The position numbers and the translations under genes were made by a program. A stretch of 36,040 bases of DNA from the NCBI GenBank assembly GCA_051942245.1, contig JAVECL010000207.1, positions 1 through 36,040 on the forward strand, in the 5' to 3' direction. This document shows, piece by piece, positions 1 to 11,833 of the stretch (position 1 is its first letter; every line of letters starts with the position of its first letter). Source of the DNA: Trypethelium eluteriae. Taxonomy: Eukaryota. Below the pieces are notes generated by a model. It searched no databases and was not told where the DNA came from. It saw only the letters and a list, made by a program, of their open reading frames with translations.

Positions 1-1363
1 GAGATGGAGCCGGCGGAGATGCCGGCGATGGCGGAGCTGGTGAGGTGGGAGCTTGGTGGTGGGGGAGGAGTCGTGGAGGTGGATGGCTGGGCGGTTGCGG
101 CGGTGACGCCGGGGTTGGAAGTTCCTGAGGGAGTGCCTTGGGGTGCAGAACCGGGGACTATGGGGGCGCCGGTGGAGCTTCCGGAAGGACTGGTGGAAGA
201 AAATGAAGATGTAGTGGAAGAAGAGCTTCGAGAAGAAGTAGAAGATGTAAAAATGGAAGACACAGAGCTTGAAGTTGACGAAGATGATGTACTTGAAACT
301 GAAGATGATGTACTCGAAGTTGGAGAAGATGACGTACGTGAAGACGTCGAAGTAGAGTTAGGACGACGAGGTGTAGAGGAAACGCCGGGAGTGGAGCGAA
401 CGCTGGTAGAATTCGACGAGGTACTTGAAGTATTAGAGCCAGGTCTAGAAGAATTAGTATTAGGTAGGCTCGTTGGCCTTTGTGTAGTTGATTCATTTGA
501 AGTAGTGAGCGAAGTCGAAGACCGTCCGAAGGTGGATGTTCCAATTGAAGATGAAGTTTTGGAGGTTCTGGTTGAGCTTCGAGTTGATCGCCCCGTGCTG
601 CTCCCCGTCGTTGTTCCGCTAGTCGTACTTCTGGAGCTCTTGGTGGACTCAGATGATGTCAGACTTGATAGACTCGATGCCGAGGATGACAAAGTGGTAG
701 GGAGACCAGCGCTATTAAGACTAACGATTGGAGGCATCGTTGTCACCAGCGGAGGTTGTGACGTTACTAACGACGGCTCTGCGGTGACAAGAGAGGGTAA
801 CGTTGCTGCAGCCAATGAGGCCGAAATTGCGGCCAACAGTGAAGAGCCAAGCATGGTCGGAACTTGGGAGGAAATTGCTGTACCGTGTAGGTCTGGGGAA
901 GAAGAAGCTAAAGAGTTGACTCCAGATCCTGACGATTTGGAAGTCGCTTGCTGCTCCACGTTCCTCACGCTTGAGCTGCTTCCAGAGTTGGGGGAGCTCA
1001 CCGCAGACGACGTCGCCGTTGACGAGGCTGATGGCAGTGACGACGCGACTTTTGATGCTGACGAACGGTTTGTAGCAGAAGCAGATGTAACCGTTGGCGA
1101 TACTTCTGTAGTACTAGCTGATGCTGCTGGTTGATCTTGTCCATTTGAAGCTGCATTATCCACCGTCACAGGAGGAGATGTCACTTTTCGGGAGGTAACT
1201 GAAGATGAAAGAGAGGATGAATTGTTTTCTTTTGTAGCTAGAATTTGTCAGTCTGCCTTGGGCAACGGAAAGTTGCATACTCACAGTCAGTGTTAAGGGC
1301 TGCGAGAGCGGGAACAGTCCATGGTACACAAAAGAAAAGGAAAATGTAGACCTTATACAACAT
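1..1363 (-). CDS. Signal-peptide, Ser/Thr-rich (mucin-like) cell-surface protein, probably single-pass (Mid2/Wsc/Msb2-type architecture); 3' end runs off the window
   Basis: Exon 1 (1285-1363) encodes MLYKVYIFLFFCVPWTVPALAALNTD, a hydrophobic signal peptide. A GTGAGT..CTGAC..TAG intron spans 1238-1284. Exon 2 is open from 1237 to base 1, very S/T-rich, and ends ...PPPPSSHLTSSAIAGISAGSI, typical of the start of a TM helix. It is absent from the ORF track because the stop lies outside the window. Confidence 0.8.
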
Positions 1364-2482
1364 GGCATGACCAAAGGAACGGACAACAGAACAGCTAGGG
1401 AGAGTAGCGTATATGATGGAAAGAGAGACGAATGGAGGAGAGGATGAAGAGCGCTGGGGCTTAGCATATTGAAAGGCCAGCAGCAGCGGCGCAGGAATAA
1501 TTAGCAAATAGGATAATTTGGGAGCCTTGGCGACCACCGGGCCACGTTCAATTTTACTAGGTAATTTCTCATGCGAGATGATGTTGGATGCGATACCCGT
1601 CCAAGGGTTACCGGAAAGACATGTAGCCCCAACATGAGGCTGAGCCTCAGGTAAAAATAGGTAAGAAACCCTCGCTGTGCCCCCCTTCATCATTGGCTGG
1701 TCGGCCGAGCCCGAGACCACCAAAGACCCTGCTCTGATGACGGAACGAACCCTAGGGTAGTCAGGTATGGCTTCATGCTGTGCTCGCCAGACCGACTCGG
1801 TGAGAGGCTTGAAGGCTTAGACGTGGCCGCATGCCGTAATCTGGAGAAGTTGCCTTCAAAACTGCCCCCAAATACTCCTGCCAGTGCCACGCCCTCGCGT
1901 CTTGACCCTCGCACAGCAGAAAATATTCAGATATCCTTAAGCGCCGTCATCAGCATTTGCGAATCTTTGTTCGCATGCGTGAGATGAACGCAGCGACCGC
2001 CTGACAAACACCGCCAACATCATGCAAGGAAGCGTCATCGAATTTTCGGCCGCACCAGAATCCGACCTGAAAGTGTGCATATAGCCATGTGGTAGGTAAT
2101 GTACGGAGTAGTCTAGCTTCTTTCACAAGCTTTCTAATGGAGGACACCAAAGACCTGAACTCGCCTGGATCCTTTGCGCCGAGCCAGGACCGCCGCACGA
2201 CGCCGTGGCTTGCTGAGCAACCTGGGGAGCCTCTCCCTGTCTCTAGATAGGTACGTATATGAGACCATTGCGCATCTGCTCTATGTCGCATCAAGTGGGT
2301 ATGAGCCAAAGCAAAAAGACCGAACGCCGCTGAGTAGGAATCAAAAAAAGAGCAACCTCCCAGCCCCATGCAGATCCCATAATCATCCAAGCCAGCTCCT
2401 TTCTCACGAATCCATTGAGAAGAAGCAGAAGAAAAAAGAGAAAAAGGAAGAGCCATGCAAAACCTCAGCACCGTGACTCAAA

Positions 2483-5400
2483 CTAACTTCGCTGGTTGAA
2501 GAACCAGCTCGATCGCTTGGCACTGCTCGCTTCCTGCTGCTGGAGACCCGCCACAGCCGGCACCGTTGGACCCTCCCCTCCGCCGCCGCCGCCTCCGCCG
2601 CGCAGGGGCTTCGCGATCCGAGACCCTGCGTTACTGAAGTTGAAGCCGCCATTCGTTGTCGCCGCTGCGCTCGTCGGTGACACCAAGCCACGTGTCGATC
2701 CGACCTTCGCAGCCTCCAGCCGCTCTTTGACCGCCGTTAGTTGCGCCTCAAACCTGGAAAAACCCGGGGGTTAGCATCTGTCGCGGTGGAGAAAGGGGGG
2801 GGAAAAGTATGGATTTCTTCAAGGAATTGCTGGGATGTGCTGCGAACACGTACCTGTGGTTTGCGGCCGTTAACTTCTCCTGCGAATCGCCGAGCAGGCC
2901 TTCAAGACTCTGGATCCGTTCGTTGCGGGCGATGAGCTTGCGCTCGGCAATGGCGACTTCCTTCTTGAGGGAGCTGTTCTGTTCGACGAGCTGCCGCTGC
3001 ACGACCGTGAGCTGTTCCAAATTTCGCTCCAGGAACGCCATCTTCTTCTGCTGTGCACGGTTGTTTGAAGTCCGTAAGACATTATTGTATTGTTCTCGGG
3101 TCTCGTCAAGCGAAATTTCGAGTTCGACAACCTGCAAAATGGCGTCAGCCTCCATGGCAACTGTCAAGGTAAATAGCCCACTTACTCGCTCGCAGCGATT
3201 CTGTAAGTCCCGCATTAGGCTCTTCTTCATGACATCAAACTCTGCGATCTGCTGCTGAACCGTCTTTCCGTTGACGCCGGCTCCTGCTGTTCCGTTCATC
3301 CCAACTTTCAGCCGTTGCTGCGCGCTCTCCAAATCCGTTCTCAAGCGTTGATTCTCTTCCGTACGCCGTGCAAGGTCGTCTCTCAATTCATCAACCATCT
3401 CCAGCTGCACGTCCTGCTTGTCGGCGAGGGCATTATGGAGCCGTGTCTTAACGTCTTCCACATCTTCTTCGCTGAGATCGCGCTGCAGCAATTCCTCATG
3501 TTCGTGTTCGAGATCGGCTAGGCGCTGTTCGAGGCCTTCTCTCCTCCTCGCATGGGCTTCATCTTGCTCACTACGCTCGTTGATAGATAATTCTGCTTGT
3601 CGAACAATGCTCTGCGACTGGAGGAGCCGGTTCTTGAGTTCTCCCCACTCATCCGGTGAGACCTGTTCTCCCGCGGCAACGACTTCTCGAAGCTGGTCCA
3701 TTCGGCTGATAACTTCTTTGATGCTACGTTCGTTATCGCTAAAAACCTCACCTCCAAGGTCAAATCCAGCCATCATTTCGGCCATCCGTTCAGCCTTCTT
3801 TCTCTCCTTCTCATCTAGCGCAACGCCGTTTTCTCTTGCGCTCATTCGGGCATCCAGGAGTTGTTGCTTGACCTCGTCAAGTTCAGCCGTAAGTTCGGCG
3901 TTTGCCTCCTTGAGTCCGTCCATCGTGATGCCAGCCTCCCTGGTCTCGAAATTAATTTTCTCAACTTGCATTCGCAAATCATTGATATCGCTATTCAATC
4001 GCTCGTTATCTCGACCGGTCTTCACATCGTGCTCCTTTAGGCCCACAAGGTCCTTCTTGGCCTCTTCGAGACTTCGCTCAGCAGCTGCCAGGGCACTCTC
4101 TTTCTCCGCGAGCTGATCCTGCAGCTCGTTCTCGCGGCGCAGGAATTCCTCTTTTTCGTCTCTCTCGAGAGCCGGCGTACCCGCGCGATCTAGCTCCAGT
4201 CGCGATTCTGGACGCGATGGTGTATCTGCTCTCCGAACCTCCTGAAGTTGTCTCGATGGTGTATCCGCACGCGGTGCTCGTGCTTCCTGTTTCTGGCCAG
4301 GTGCTGCATCTTGCGATATCGCAGGTGTCCATCTGTCTTTTGGCACACTTTCCCCGCTTCGCCACACCTGAACTTCGCCCTCTAGGCTGGCAATGTAGTT
4401 TTCAAACGTAGTGACTTGGGTTTGCGCCTTCTTGAGCAGAGCTTTGAGCTCGGCAGGACTAAGCTCGGCATTGATCTTGGCCTTGTTCTTGATCGCCTTT
4501 GCTCTGACTCCGAACCTTAGTGTACTGACCGTTTCAGCGTCATTGTAACTGCTTGGCGAACAATTGATGATGAGAGTAGTTCGAGAATTGCCTCCAAGGG
4601 ACTCCTGTAGGATTCGGGTAAGCTTTGAGTCACGATAGGGAATATGTGTTGATTTGCCGTCCGTCAAGGAGTTGATGACCATGCCGAGTGCGCTCAAACT
4701 CTTGTTAATCTTCTTGGCCTCTTCCAGAGTTTGCCCGCTTGCGCCCGTCTTTCCCACCTTCTCACTTCCTGCAAGATCGACCAGGAATAGTTGTCCGCTT
4801 TTCATGGAGCCAGTTTCAATATTCTTCTGGGACACCGTGATGACAAAGATGGAGTGAGAGCGCGAAGACTCCTGGTTCATGTTCGTAGCAGCAACAGCGC
4901 GTGCAGTACCTCCTCTTCGCATGACCTCATACACCTCTGCTACGCTCCCCACGTATATCTCCAGAAGCCCTTTGACGTAGACCCCTCTGTTTTTCTCTTC
5001 ATGCACAGGCAGATTGTCGTTGTGAGGTGCCATCAGATCTCTTATCCTTTCCATGTAGATTTCCATGTAGCTCACTCTCACTGTATACTCGATATTGCCT
5101 GGACTTGCCACAATGCCTGCAAAGATTTGCTCGACGATACGAGGTATTATGCCTTTTGATTGTTCATCGTCAATATCTCCTCCCATCATCGTGTAGGACT
5201 TTCCTGCACCGGTCTGGCCGTATGCGAAGACTGTCCCATTGTAGCCGTTCAGGATATCGTCTACAGTCGGTCGAATCGAGAAGTCGAAGATGTCGGTTTG
5301 CCGTGAATGCATGTCAAAGCAGCGATCGAAGGTGAAGGACCCTGAGGCTTCTTGCGACTGTACATAACTGTGATTAGAGGATATGGTAGACTGGAAGTTA

Positions 5401-5680
5401 TTTAGGAGAGCTCCCTAAAGAGGTAACTTACTTGGACTTTGCATGTGTCTTCAGACTCAAACTCCACGATAGGTTCGCCCCCACTGGCAAGCTCAATCTT
5501 ATTCTGCGGCCGAAAGCGCGCCACCACTGTATTGGCAAGTCAGTCAGAGCTCATGTTCAAATCTCGATGGTGTCATCGGCGTTGAAGTACCTTTGATCGT
5601 GTTGTAGCTCCTGCGTAAACATTCGGTTAGCTAAGAACGCGTTTAATCACATTTAAGAGACTATCAAGCACTTACGCCAT
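2483..5680 (-). CDS. kinA: Kinesin-1 (conventional kinesin heavy chain)
   Basis: Exons 5676-5680, 5591-5610, 5432-5526, 3186-5357, 2854-3131 and 2483-2753, all GT-AG. Spliced N-terminus MASYNTIKVVARFRPQN; P-loop GQTGAGKS; switch motifs NQESSRSH and LVDLAGSE; HIPYRDSKLTRILQESLGGN; coiled-coil stalk; tail RIAKPLRGGG (IAK motif) ending KRSSWF. Confidence 0.98.
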
Positions 5681-6319
5681 GATTGCGGTCTGTATAGGCG
5701 GGCAAAGGCCTGCTGGCCCGACAAAATTTTCCTAGCCAAGCAGGCTGTGCAGAGAGCGTGGAGGCAGGTCTTGAAAGCGAGCAGGCGAACAAAGATTCTG
5801 CAGACAACGGTGGTTTTGGTATGCGGGCAAGGGTTCACACGGCTCTGGAAATCCGACGATGCACCCAACACTAGCTAGAAATCGGCGATCTAGGATAAAT
5901 TGGACAGATTGAGGGAGGAAGAGCAGTGAAAAGGGGACTTAAACCTAGGGATCAGCATATTATTAAAGGGATTGTCCAGAGCTCTTCATGATGTATACAT
6001 CCAGGGACACGTCGGGGCCTCTCGGGAGTCCGCCCGCATGAACATGAAGTATCCGGGCAGAACATCTGTACAATGATCCTTGGCAAAGATTATGTACAGA
6101 AAACATGCATTCTAATTCAGCTATATTCAGGCAATCATTTACCTGTTGACGCCTGCTGATCGCCATAGTGGACCACTACCGATGTAATAACAAACTGATA
6201 TAACCAAACTCCCTTCCAAGACGCCAGTCGCTTTGCACTCATTGGTAAACGTCACACATACTTCGCCAGAAGGGCCAGGAGGCAAACAAAGAAAGCAATC
6301 GACTTCCAATGCAAGCCCT

Positions 6320-7026
6320 TCAATCTTCCCAGCTCTTCTCCACCGTCTCTCTTACTCGCTTTGTGTATTCTCTGCGGTTGTCCTTGTACAGATTTGATGC
6401 TTCTACGTTCGCCGGAGAGGAGGTATTAGGATCGTTGAGGAGGCTACAGAATGTGTTTAGTATCTAACCATAGCTATTGAGGATAGCCCGATCAAGGTAG
6501 TAGAGGAGCGATATCCGGTATGGCAACATACCTTTGTATGCTGGTGAGGATGGCAGCCACGTCATAAGTTGGGCTCCATCTGTTTTGTAATATATCCAAG
6601 CATAGCTCGCCAGTGCCGTATACGTTGGGGTGAAACATCGTGCTAATGAATTTGACCCCTGGAGGCTTGTTCGGATATTGCTCTTCGAAGTGCATTACGA
6701 GCCTGAAAGTGCCATCTTCGAAAGGTGTGTCTGCTGGTCCAATTATAACGGCATTCCTGTGTCTTTGTAAGTGATGCCGAACTCTGTTAGATACCACTGT
6801 CTTGGGCGGTCCTCACCAGGTCATAACGTTGTCTGCGACAGGTGACGCTGATACTCCAGCGGGAGGATCAGTTTGCATTCTCTATAAAGTTCCATAATTA
6901 GCAAACTATTGCCCAACTCGAGTAATACAGAACCCAGCGCAAAAAAGCCCAAAGTTACTACAATAAAGCACAGGTAAGCCTTGCCTTGAAATCTCTCATC
7001 AATCGGCGGCGGGCGGAGGTAGACAT
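6320..7026 (-). CDS. RAD6: Ubiquitin-conjugating enzyme E2, RAD6/UBC2 orthologue (151 aa)
   Basis: Exons 6985-7026, 6817-6881, 6532-6756 and 6320-6443 give [53 protein letters not shown]...[25 protein letters not shown]...EKSWED. Intron 1 is GC-AG. Confidence 0.98.
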
Positions 7027-7679
7027 GGTGAAAGCAGCTGCTGAACTCAAGGCCGAGCTGAAGGTGATGCTGTCGAGATATCTAGATGTACTTGGATGAA
7101 GGCTCGATCACCGTGGGGAATATGGTGGGCGTTTGGTGGTGTGAGGACGCCGTCAAGGTCCTCGAGTGGACGTCATTTGCGGGAGCCAGTGACAGTTTTG
7201 CAAAGCTCAACTCCATTCCAGTGCTTGCTCTAGATCGGCAAGCCATCACGTGCTCTTTTTTTCCAACCGTCATCGTATCAAGGTATCGAAAAGATCCTTC
7301 AATCTAGAATAATAAAATATCTCTGTCTTTCTCGCTCCTAGTGGTGGTGGAGTAATCCTAGAATAGATGGGTCAGGTCGATGAGCGTTCTTCGGGAAATA
7401 TCTAAGGACAACCCGTCTTCAATAGGCCTTTCTATACAGAGTCGAGCTTCATAATATTACTAATAGTGCGCTACCTATGGAAGGATATAATCATCGTTCA
7501 CCAGACTCCCCAAGTCAGGCGCAGTGGTGCTTCCCAGCATCGGCCCAGGCCTACCTTGACACTTTATAGTACATGAATATACAGTCAGAAAAAAAAGGCG
7601 TGAGAACAGCTTTCTGCTCTATAAAATCCCGAAGTAGAAATTCGAACCGTTCCAAAGTGGCAACCGCATCGGGAGAAGG

Positions 7680-9803
7680 TTAGTTGAAAGGTCCTCTCCC
7701 AAAGTCTTGGTTGTTATCTTGTCCGAAACGCCGGCCAGAACCTCCGCCATAACCATCGCCATTGTCATCGCGCCCAAAGCCTCGACCAGAATTCCTGTTG
7801 TAGCCCCCATCGAATCCTCCATCGTATCCACCTCGACTTCGTCGTTCGAATGGCCCAGGTCTTGGCCCAGACGCTCTATCATACGAGCCCCCATATCCCC
7901 CTCCTCCGCTTCTGGGTCCTCCCCTGGGAGACGGCGCGTCAAAGGAACCAAATCCGCCTCTTCCAGATCCACTTCTAAACGACGACTGTCTGTCTTCATG
8001 TCCCACATTAATGCCATCAATCCGGGAGAGGCCTAGCCGATTTACGAGATTTGGACTCATGGCCGGTGGTGTTTCCCAACCCCATCCGAATTTGGTCCAC
8101 TGGTTCATTGCGTCGATCAAGTGCTGTTTCTTTGGAAACCATTGGTAGTTTCCAAGCATAGCCATGTACGCTTTGGATTTGGTCCCTCGATCCACACGCT
8201 GCGCAGACTGCCCGATCAGTGAGAGAATCCTACCGACGCTTGGAGTCACTTTGGCATTGCGAGTCATGTCAATGCTTGCGGTTTCCAGCGTGTCATTTGG
8301 TCGAATAGGCAGACCCCTCAGCTTGTTTCTCACTTCGCCGGCTTCGATGTCAGAGATAATCAGCCAACCTTCACCTTCTTTGCCAGCACGCCCAGTCCGT
8401 CCAATGCGATGAATGTAGGTATCCCGGTCTCTAGGCAACCCCACCTGGATGACGTGAGTGACGTCTGGAAAGTCCATTCCACGAGCGGTGACATCAGACG
8501 AGAAGAGAATCGCGGATCGTGTTGCACGGAACTGATCAGCAGCCGCCGTTCGTTGTGGCTGAGTCTTTTTCGCATGGATACTGAAGAACTTCGCTGGCGC
8601 AAGTGGATGTTGACGCCCGTCGCCAAGTTCATACAGTATCGACGATGCCAAGTCGACCTCAGCTGTGGAACCGAAGTAGACGATAGCCTTGAAAGGCCTT
8701 TCTCCAGTTTCATTTCTCGTTTTTGTCTCGCGTTCAGCGAGCTCAAGCAGTGTAGGGAGAAGGTTCTCAAACCCCCTTGCTGCGACACTGTGCTGAACCA
8801 CTCGCTCTACAGTTGGCACATCGTCCTCGGAGACGGTCTTGACATACTTGAACCCAGGTTTCAGAGTTCCTTGTACGAGATCGACAACTTCTCTTGGTAC
8901 TGTAGCCGAGAACATCATCGTTTGCCGTGGCTGTTCCGAGGGGTCGGGAAGGAGTCGCTGGAAGTTGTTGATTTCTGGCCAGAACCCAGCGTCAAGAAGG
9001 CGATCGGCTTCGTCAAGGACAAGCGCGCTCAGTTTTGGTGCCTCCACCCCAGCATAACGGTCGGAAAAGATATCATTGAGGCGTCCCGGCGTTCCCACCA
9101 GCAGGTGGCAACCCTGCATCTGCATTGTTCGCAAGCCTTGTGATTTCTGCGTCCCACCAACAGCAGCCTGCACAATGACACTAGTATTTCTTGTCAACCT
9201 CCTTGCCTCGGCTGCGATCTGTTCAGCAAGTTCTCTTGTAGGTGAAATGACCACGGCACGAATATCGGCCGCCGTTGATCGATTATACCGGCTACGTTGG
9301 GCCAGCTCGGGATCGACTTTGATGATGTTTTGCAGTACAGGAAGGAGAAACCCCAGCGTCTTCCCAGTACCCGTCTTCGCTTGCGCAATGATGTCGGTAC
9401 CCTTCAATGCCTCTTCAATAGTTAAGCTTTGAACATCGGTCATGGTCTTCAGACCCATTTCTTCTGTGACCGTTCGCACCACATTGTCGTGAACTAGTCT
9501 CCTTGAAGAGAGTTCGTCAAATCTGGTGATCGGCCCGCCCGAATTCGCTTCATTTATCGACTGATCTGATGGAGGTCTTTGCGCATTAACCTCGTCTCGG
9601 TATTCCGCTTCCACTGCCGCATTTTGCCACGACCGGGAGCCATTATGCAATTTTCGCGAGCTCAATGTGAAACCAGCGTTCCGATTTGTTATGAGTCTAG
9701 TCCGCTCCAAAGCTGGAGAGGGATGTGATGTTCTGGTAGCAGGGATCGAGGTCGAAAATTTACGGGTGAAAGATGCGAGACATCTTCTTGAAGCTCCCAA
9801 CAT
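7680..9803 (-). CDS. MSS116: Mitochondrial DEAD-box RNA helicase, MSS116/CYT-19 family
   Basis: Motifs AKTGTGKT, PTRELA, TPGRL, DEAD, SAT, ARGMDF and HRIGRTGRAG. Arg/Ser-rich presequence-like N-terminus from ATG 9803 (MLGASRRCLASFTRKFSTS). RGG-rich C-terminal tail. Intronless. Confidence 0.93.
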   Translation of the reverse strand: MLGASRRCLASFTRKFSTSIPATRTSHPSPALERTRLITNRNAGFTLSSRKLHNGSRSWQNAAVEAEYRDEVNAQRPPSDQSINEANSGGPITRFDELSSRRLVHDNVVRTVTEEMGLKTMTDVQSLTIEEALKGTDIIAQAKTGTGKTLGFLLPVLQNIIKVDPELAQRSRYNRSTAADIRAVVISPTRELAEQIAAEARRLTRNTSVIVQAAVGGTQKSQGLRTMQMQGCHLLVGTPGRLNDIFSDRYAGVEAPKLSALVLDEADRLLDAGFWPEINNFQRLLPDPSEQPRQTMMFSATVPREVVDLVQGTLKPGFKYVKTVSEDDVPTVERVVQHSVAARGFENLLPTLLELAERETKTRNETGERPFKAIVYFGSTAEVDLASSILYELGDGRQHPLAPAKFFSIHAKKTQPQRTAAADQFRATRSAILFSSDVTARGMDFPDVTHVIQVGLPRDRDTYIHRIGRTGRAGKEGEGWLIISDIEAGEVRNKLRGLPIRPNDTLETASIDMTRNAKVTPSVGRILSLIGQSAQRVDRGTKSKAYMAMLGNYQWFPKKQHLIDAMNQWTKFGWGWETPPAMSPNLVNRLGLSRIDGINVGHEDRQSSFRSGSGRGGFGSFDAPSPRGGPRSGGGGYGGSYDRASGPRPGPFERRSRGGYDGGFDGGYNRNSGRGFGRDDNGDGYGGGSGRRFGQDNNQDFGRGPFN

Positions 9804-10419
9804 TCTCCCGAAACCACGTCTAATCAGATCCAAGGGTTCAAAGGATCGATAGAGGATGGGATGAATGGAAGTGATGCGAATGGAAAAAACGAAAGGATGG
9901 GGCAAGGAGTGAGTGGAAAATTGATGGGCAGAAGGGCTTTCTTGGACTGGACATCTGAGATAGAGTGATCGGCAGAGAAAAAATACGCTCCCGACGCCAT
10001 TCCCCTTTAAGTTCAGCAAGCATCCTATCAGAAACCCCAAGCGCTTAAGAGCAATGTGAACACAACCACCCATTGACACCAACTCCACTGGCTACATGAA
10101 CAGAGCAAAGGCGCCCCTGGCTCAGGCCTTGGTATGGGACCCATTTCCGAATGATAATACGATCCCAGCCAGTCTATACAGCTTCCTAATAGCCAAAAAT
10201 AATCAAGGAACCGCAAGGAGTGGAGAGCCAGCCGAAAGGACCAGAATATCTATTTTCACATTTGACAGCACACGATGATATGCACAAGCAAGACTCTATC
10301 GTTCAAGCATGAATCATGACGTCGCACATCTCTACATCGCACGCAATGTCGTAGTCGCCTCGAAAATCCGCCACAGTTGGATGTCAATCATCCCCCATCC
10401 TCGCCTCATGAATTTACTC

Positions 10420-11452
10420 TCACCTGCGCGCTTGCCGTGGACTGCTCGGAGTCGCTCCTACAATCGCTAACCCCTCTCCGATGCCCTCGTGTAGACCACC
10501 GGCCATTCCTTGTATCCACCAGGAACCGAATTCCTGCATGGCTTGGCCCACCTTGCCGTCATTGAGTTTGCGTACAGCGCCCACCATCTCGATCGACCTT
10601 TGTCCTACACTATCGATCGCATCCAGGGTAGATCTCACGACTCGCTCGCACACGCGATTCTCGCGTTCGTATCGGTACATGAAAGCGAGCAGAAGCTTAA
10701 CATACGGTAAAAGGTAATGGATGATGAGGAAGAATTGGATTGTTACGAACGCAAAAAAGCGATGGATTGCGGACACGTCTTCGCTGCTTGCCTTTACAGG
10801 CGCGACTTCCTCAGGGCGAGCCACGAGACTCTGATCTTGGCTGATGAGTGTCAATCTACAGCCTCGGGCTTTAATTGGTAGCGCCGCACGAATGCGCAAG
10901 TATTCTTCCGCTGTGAGATCCTCGGGTAATGCTCGCAGCAGATAAGTGAGACCATCCACGTATAGATGGCGACTGAAGAGCGGTGTATTGCATCCTGAAT
11001 GTTGTGGTGGACGGTTAGACTCATGTGCAGCGAGATTCAAAAGATTGATTCCTATCTACTGTGAGTATGGAACTTCACCCACAAAACATTTCGTTCCGCA
11101 AATACTTGCCTTGATTCCCGTACTTCCAAAGGATGCCGCTTTTGGATTGGGCTCCTGCGTTGAGAAACTCCTCCGATATCATGGTAATGTCATCACTCTG
11201 CATATCGAGCTCTGAAGAACCCCTTGAGTCCGTCTCGGTACCATCAGAGAGGGTCGGTGGAGAATAGTTTGGCGGAGGTGTACCGACATCCAAGCTATCA
11301 ATGCTATAGCTTCGTCTGGACTCGTGGTTGCCATCGGATGTTCGCCGAAACGATGCGATCCTAGGAATACGGTTTCGAACATACGATGGCAGAATTCTGA
11401 ATAGCAGTGAACGGGCCTGCGTGCTGCTCGACGACCTCTGCCGAAGATTCAT
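10420..11452 (-). CDS. Conserved fungal hypothetical protein with a probable hydrophobic/TM segment
   Basis: Exons 11110-11452 and 10420-11051, joined by a GC-AG intron, give ...SGILWKYGNQGINLLNLAAHE...FSRHLYVDGLTYLLRALPEDLT..., a pattern I recognise from Pezizomycotina hypothetical proteins. Hydrophobic stretch FFAFVTIQFFLIIHYLLPYV. Confidence 0.8.
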
Positions 11453-11833
11453 AGTAACTAATGTCAAAAATCATAAGGAGTAGCAGAAGCAAAAAGAACA
11501 AAGCAACCAGATTCCAAAATTTGAGCTCGACTGCAGTGGGTAAGAATGTGCAAGCAAGTTCCGCGGCAAAGAAGACAAAAAAAAGGTTGGCAAATCTGTC
11601 ATCTTGGCGATCGCATGTGAACGTAGGCCTTTAATCCAACAAAAAGCGGGCCGATAGCTAGAGCTCCTCCATGTTGAGGTCTCTAGTGCTAAAGCTTATC
11701 TAGTATTTGCTTTATAACAACACTCAAGATTGCCTGGCACCTCGCAAATATCCTACATTGATATACAAGAAGAGCCTAACTAATCCGTCAGTATCGATGG
11801 ACCTACAAAATTCAGGGCAAAAGAATTCCCAGG

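Noticed and set aside
4..1134. 376-aa V/E/D-rich plus-strand ORF
   Set aside because: Antisense shadow of the Ser/Thr-rich minus-strand gene, which has a signal peptide and a canonical intron.
2809..5335. Several plus-strand ORFs up to 232 aa
   Set aside because: Antisense to kinesin-1, with no independent motifs.
7707..9432. Plus-strand ORFs including 8409-9143 (244 aa)
   Set aside because: Antisense shadows of the DEAD-box gene.
9804..10088. 95-codon 5' extension of the helicase ORF
   Set aside because: Starts at a non-ATG codon and reads like UTR; ATG 9803 begins a plausible mitochondrial presequence.
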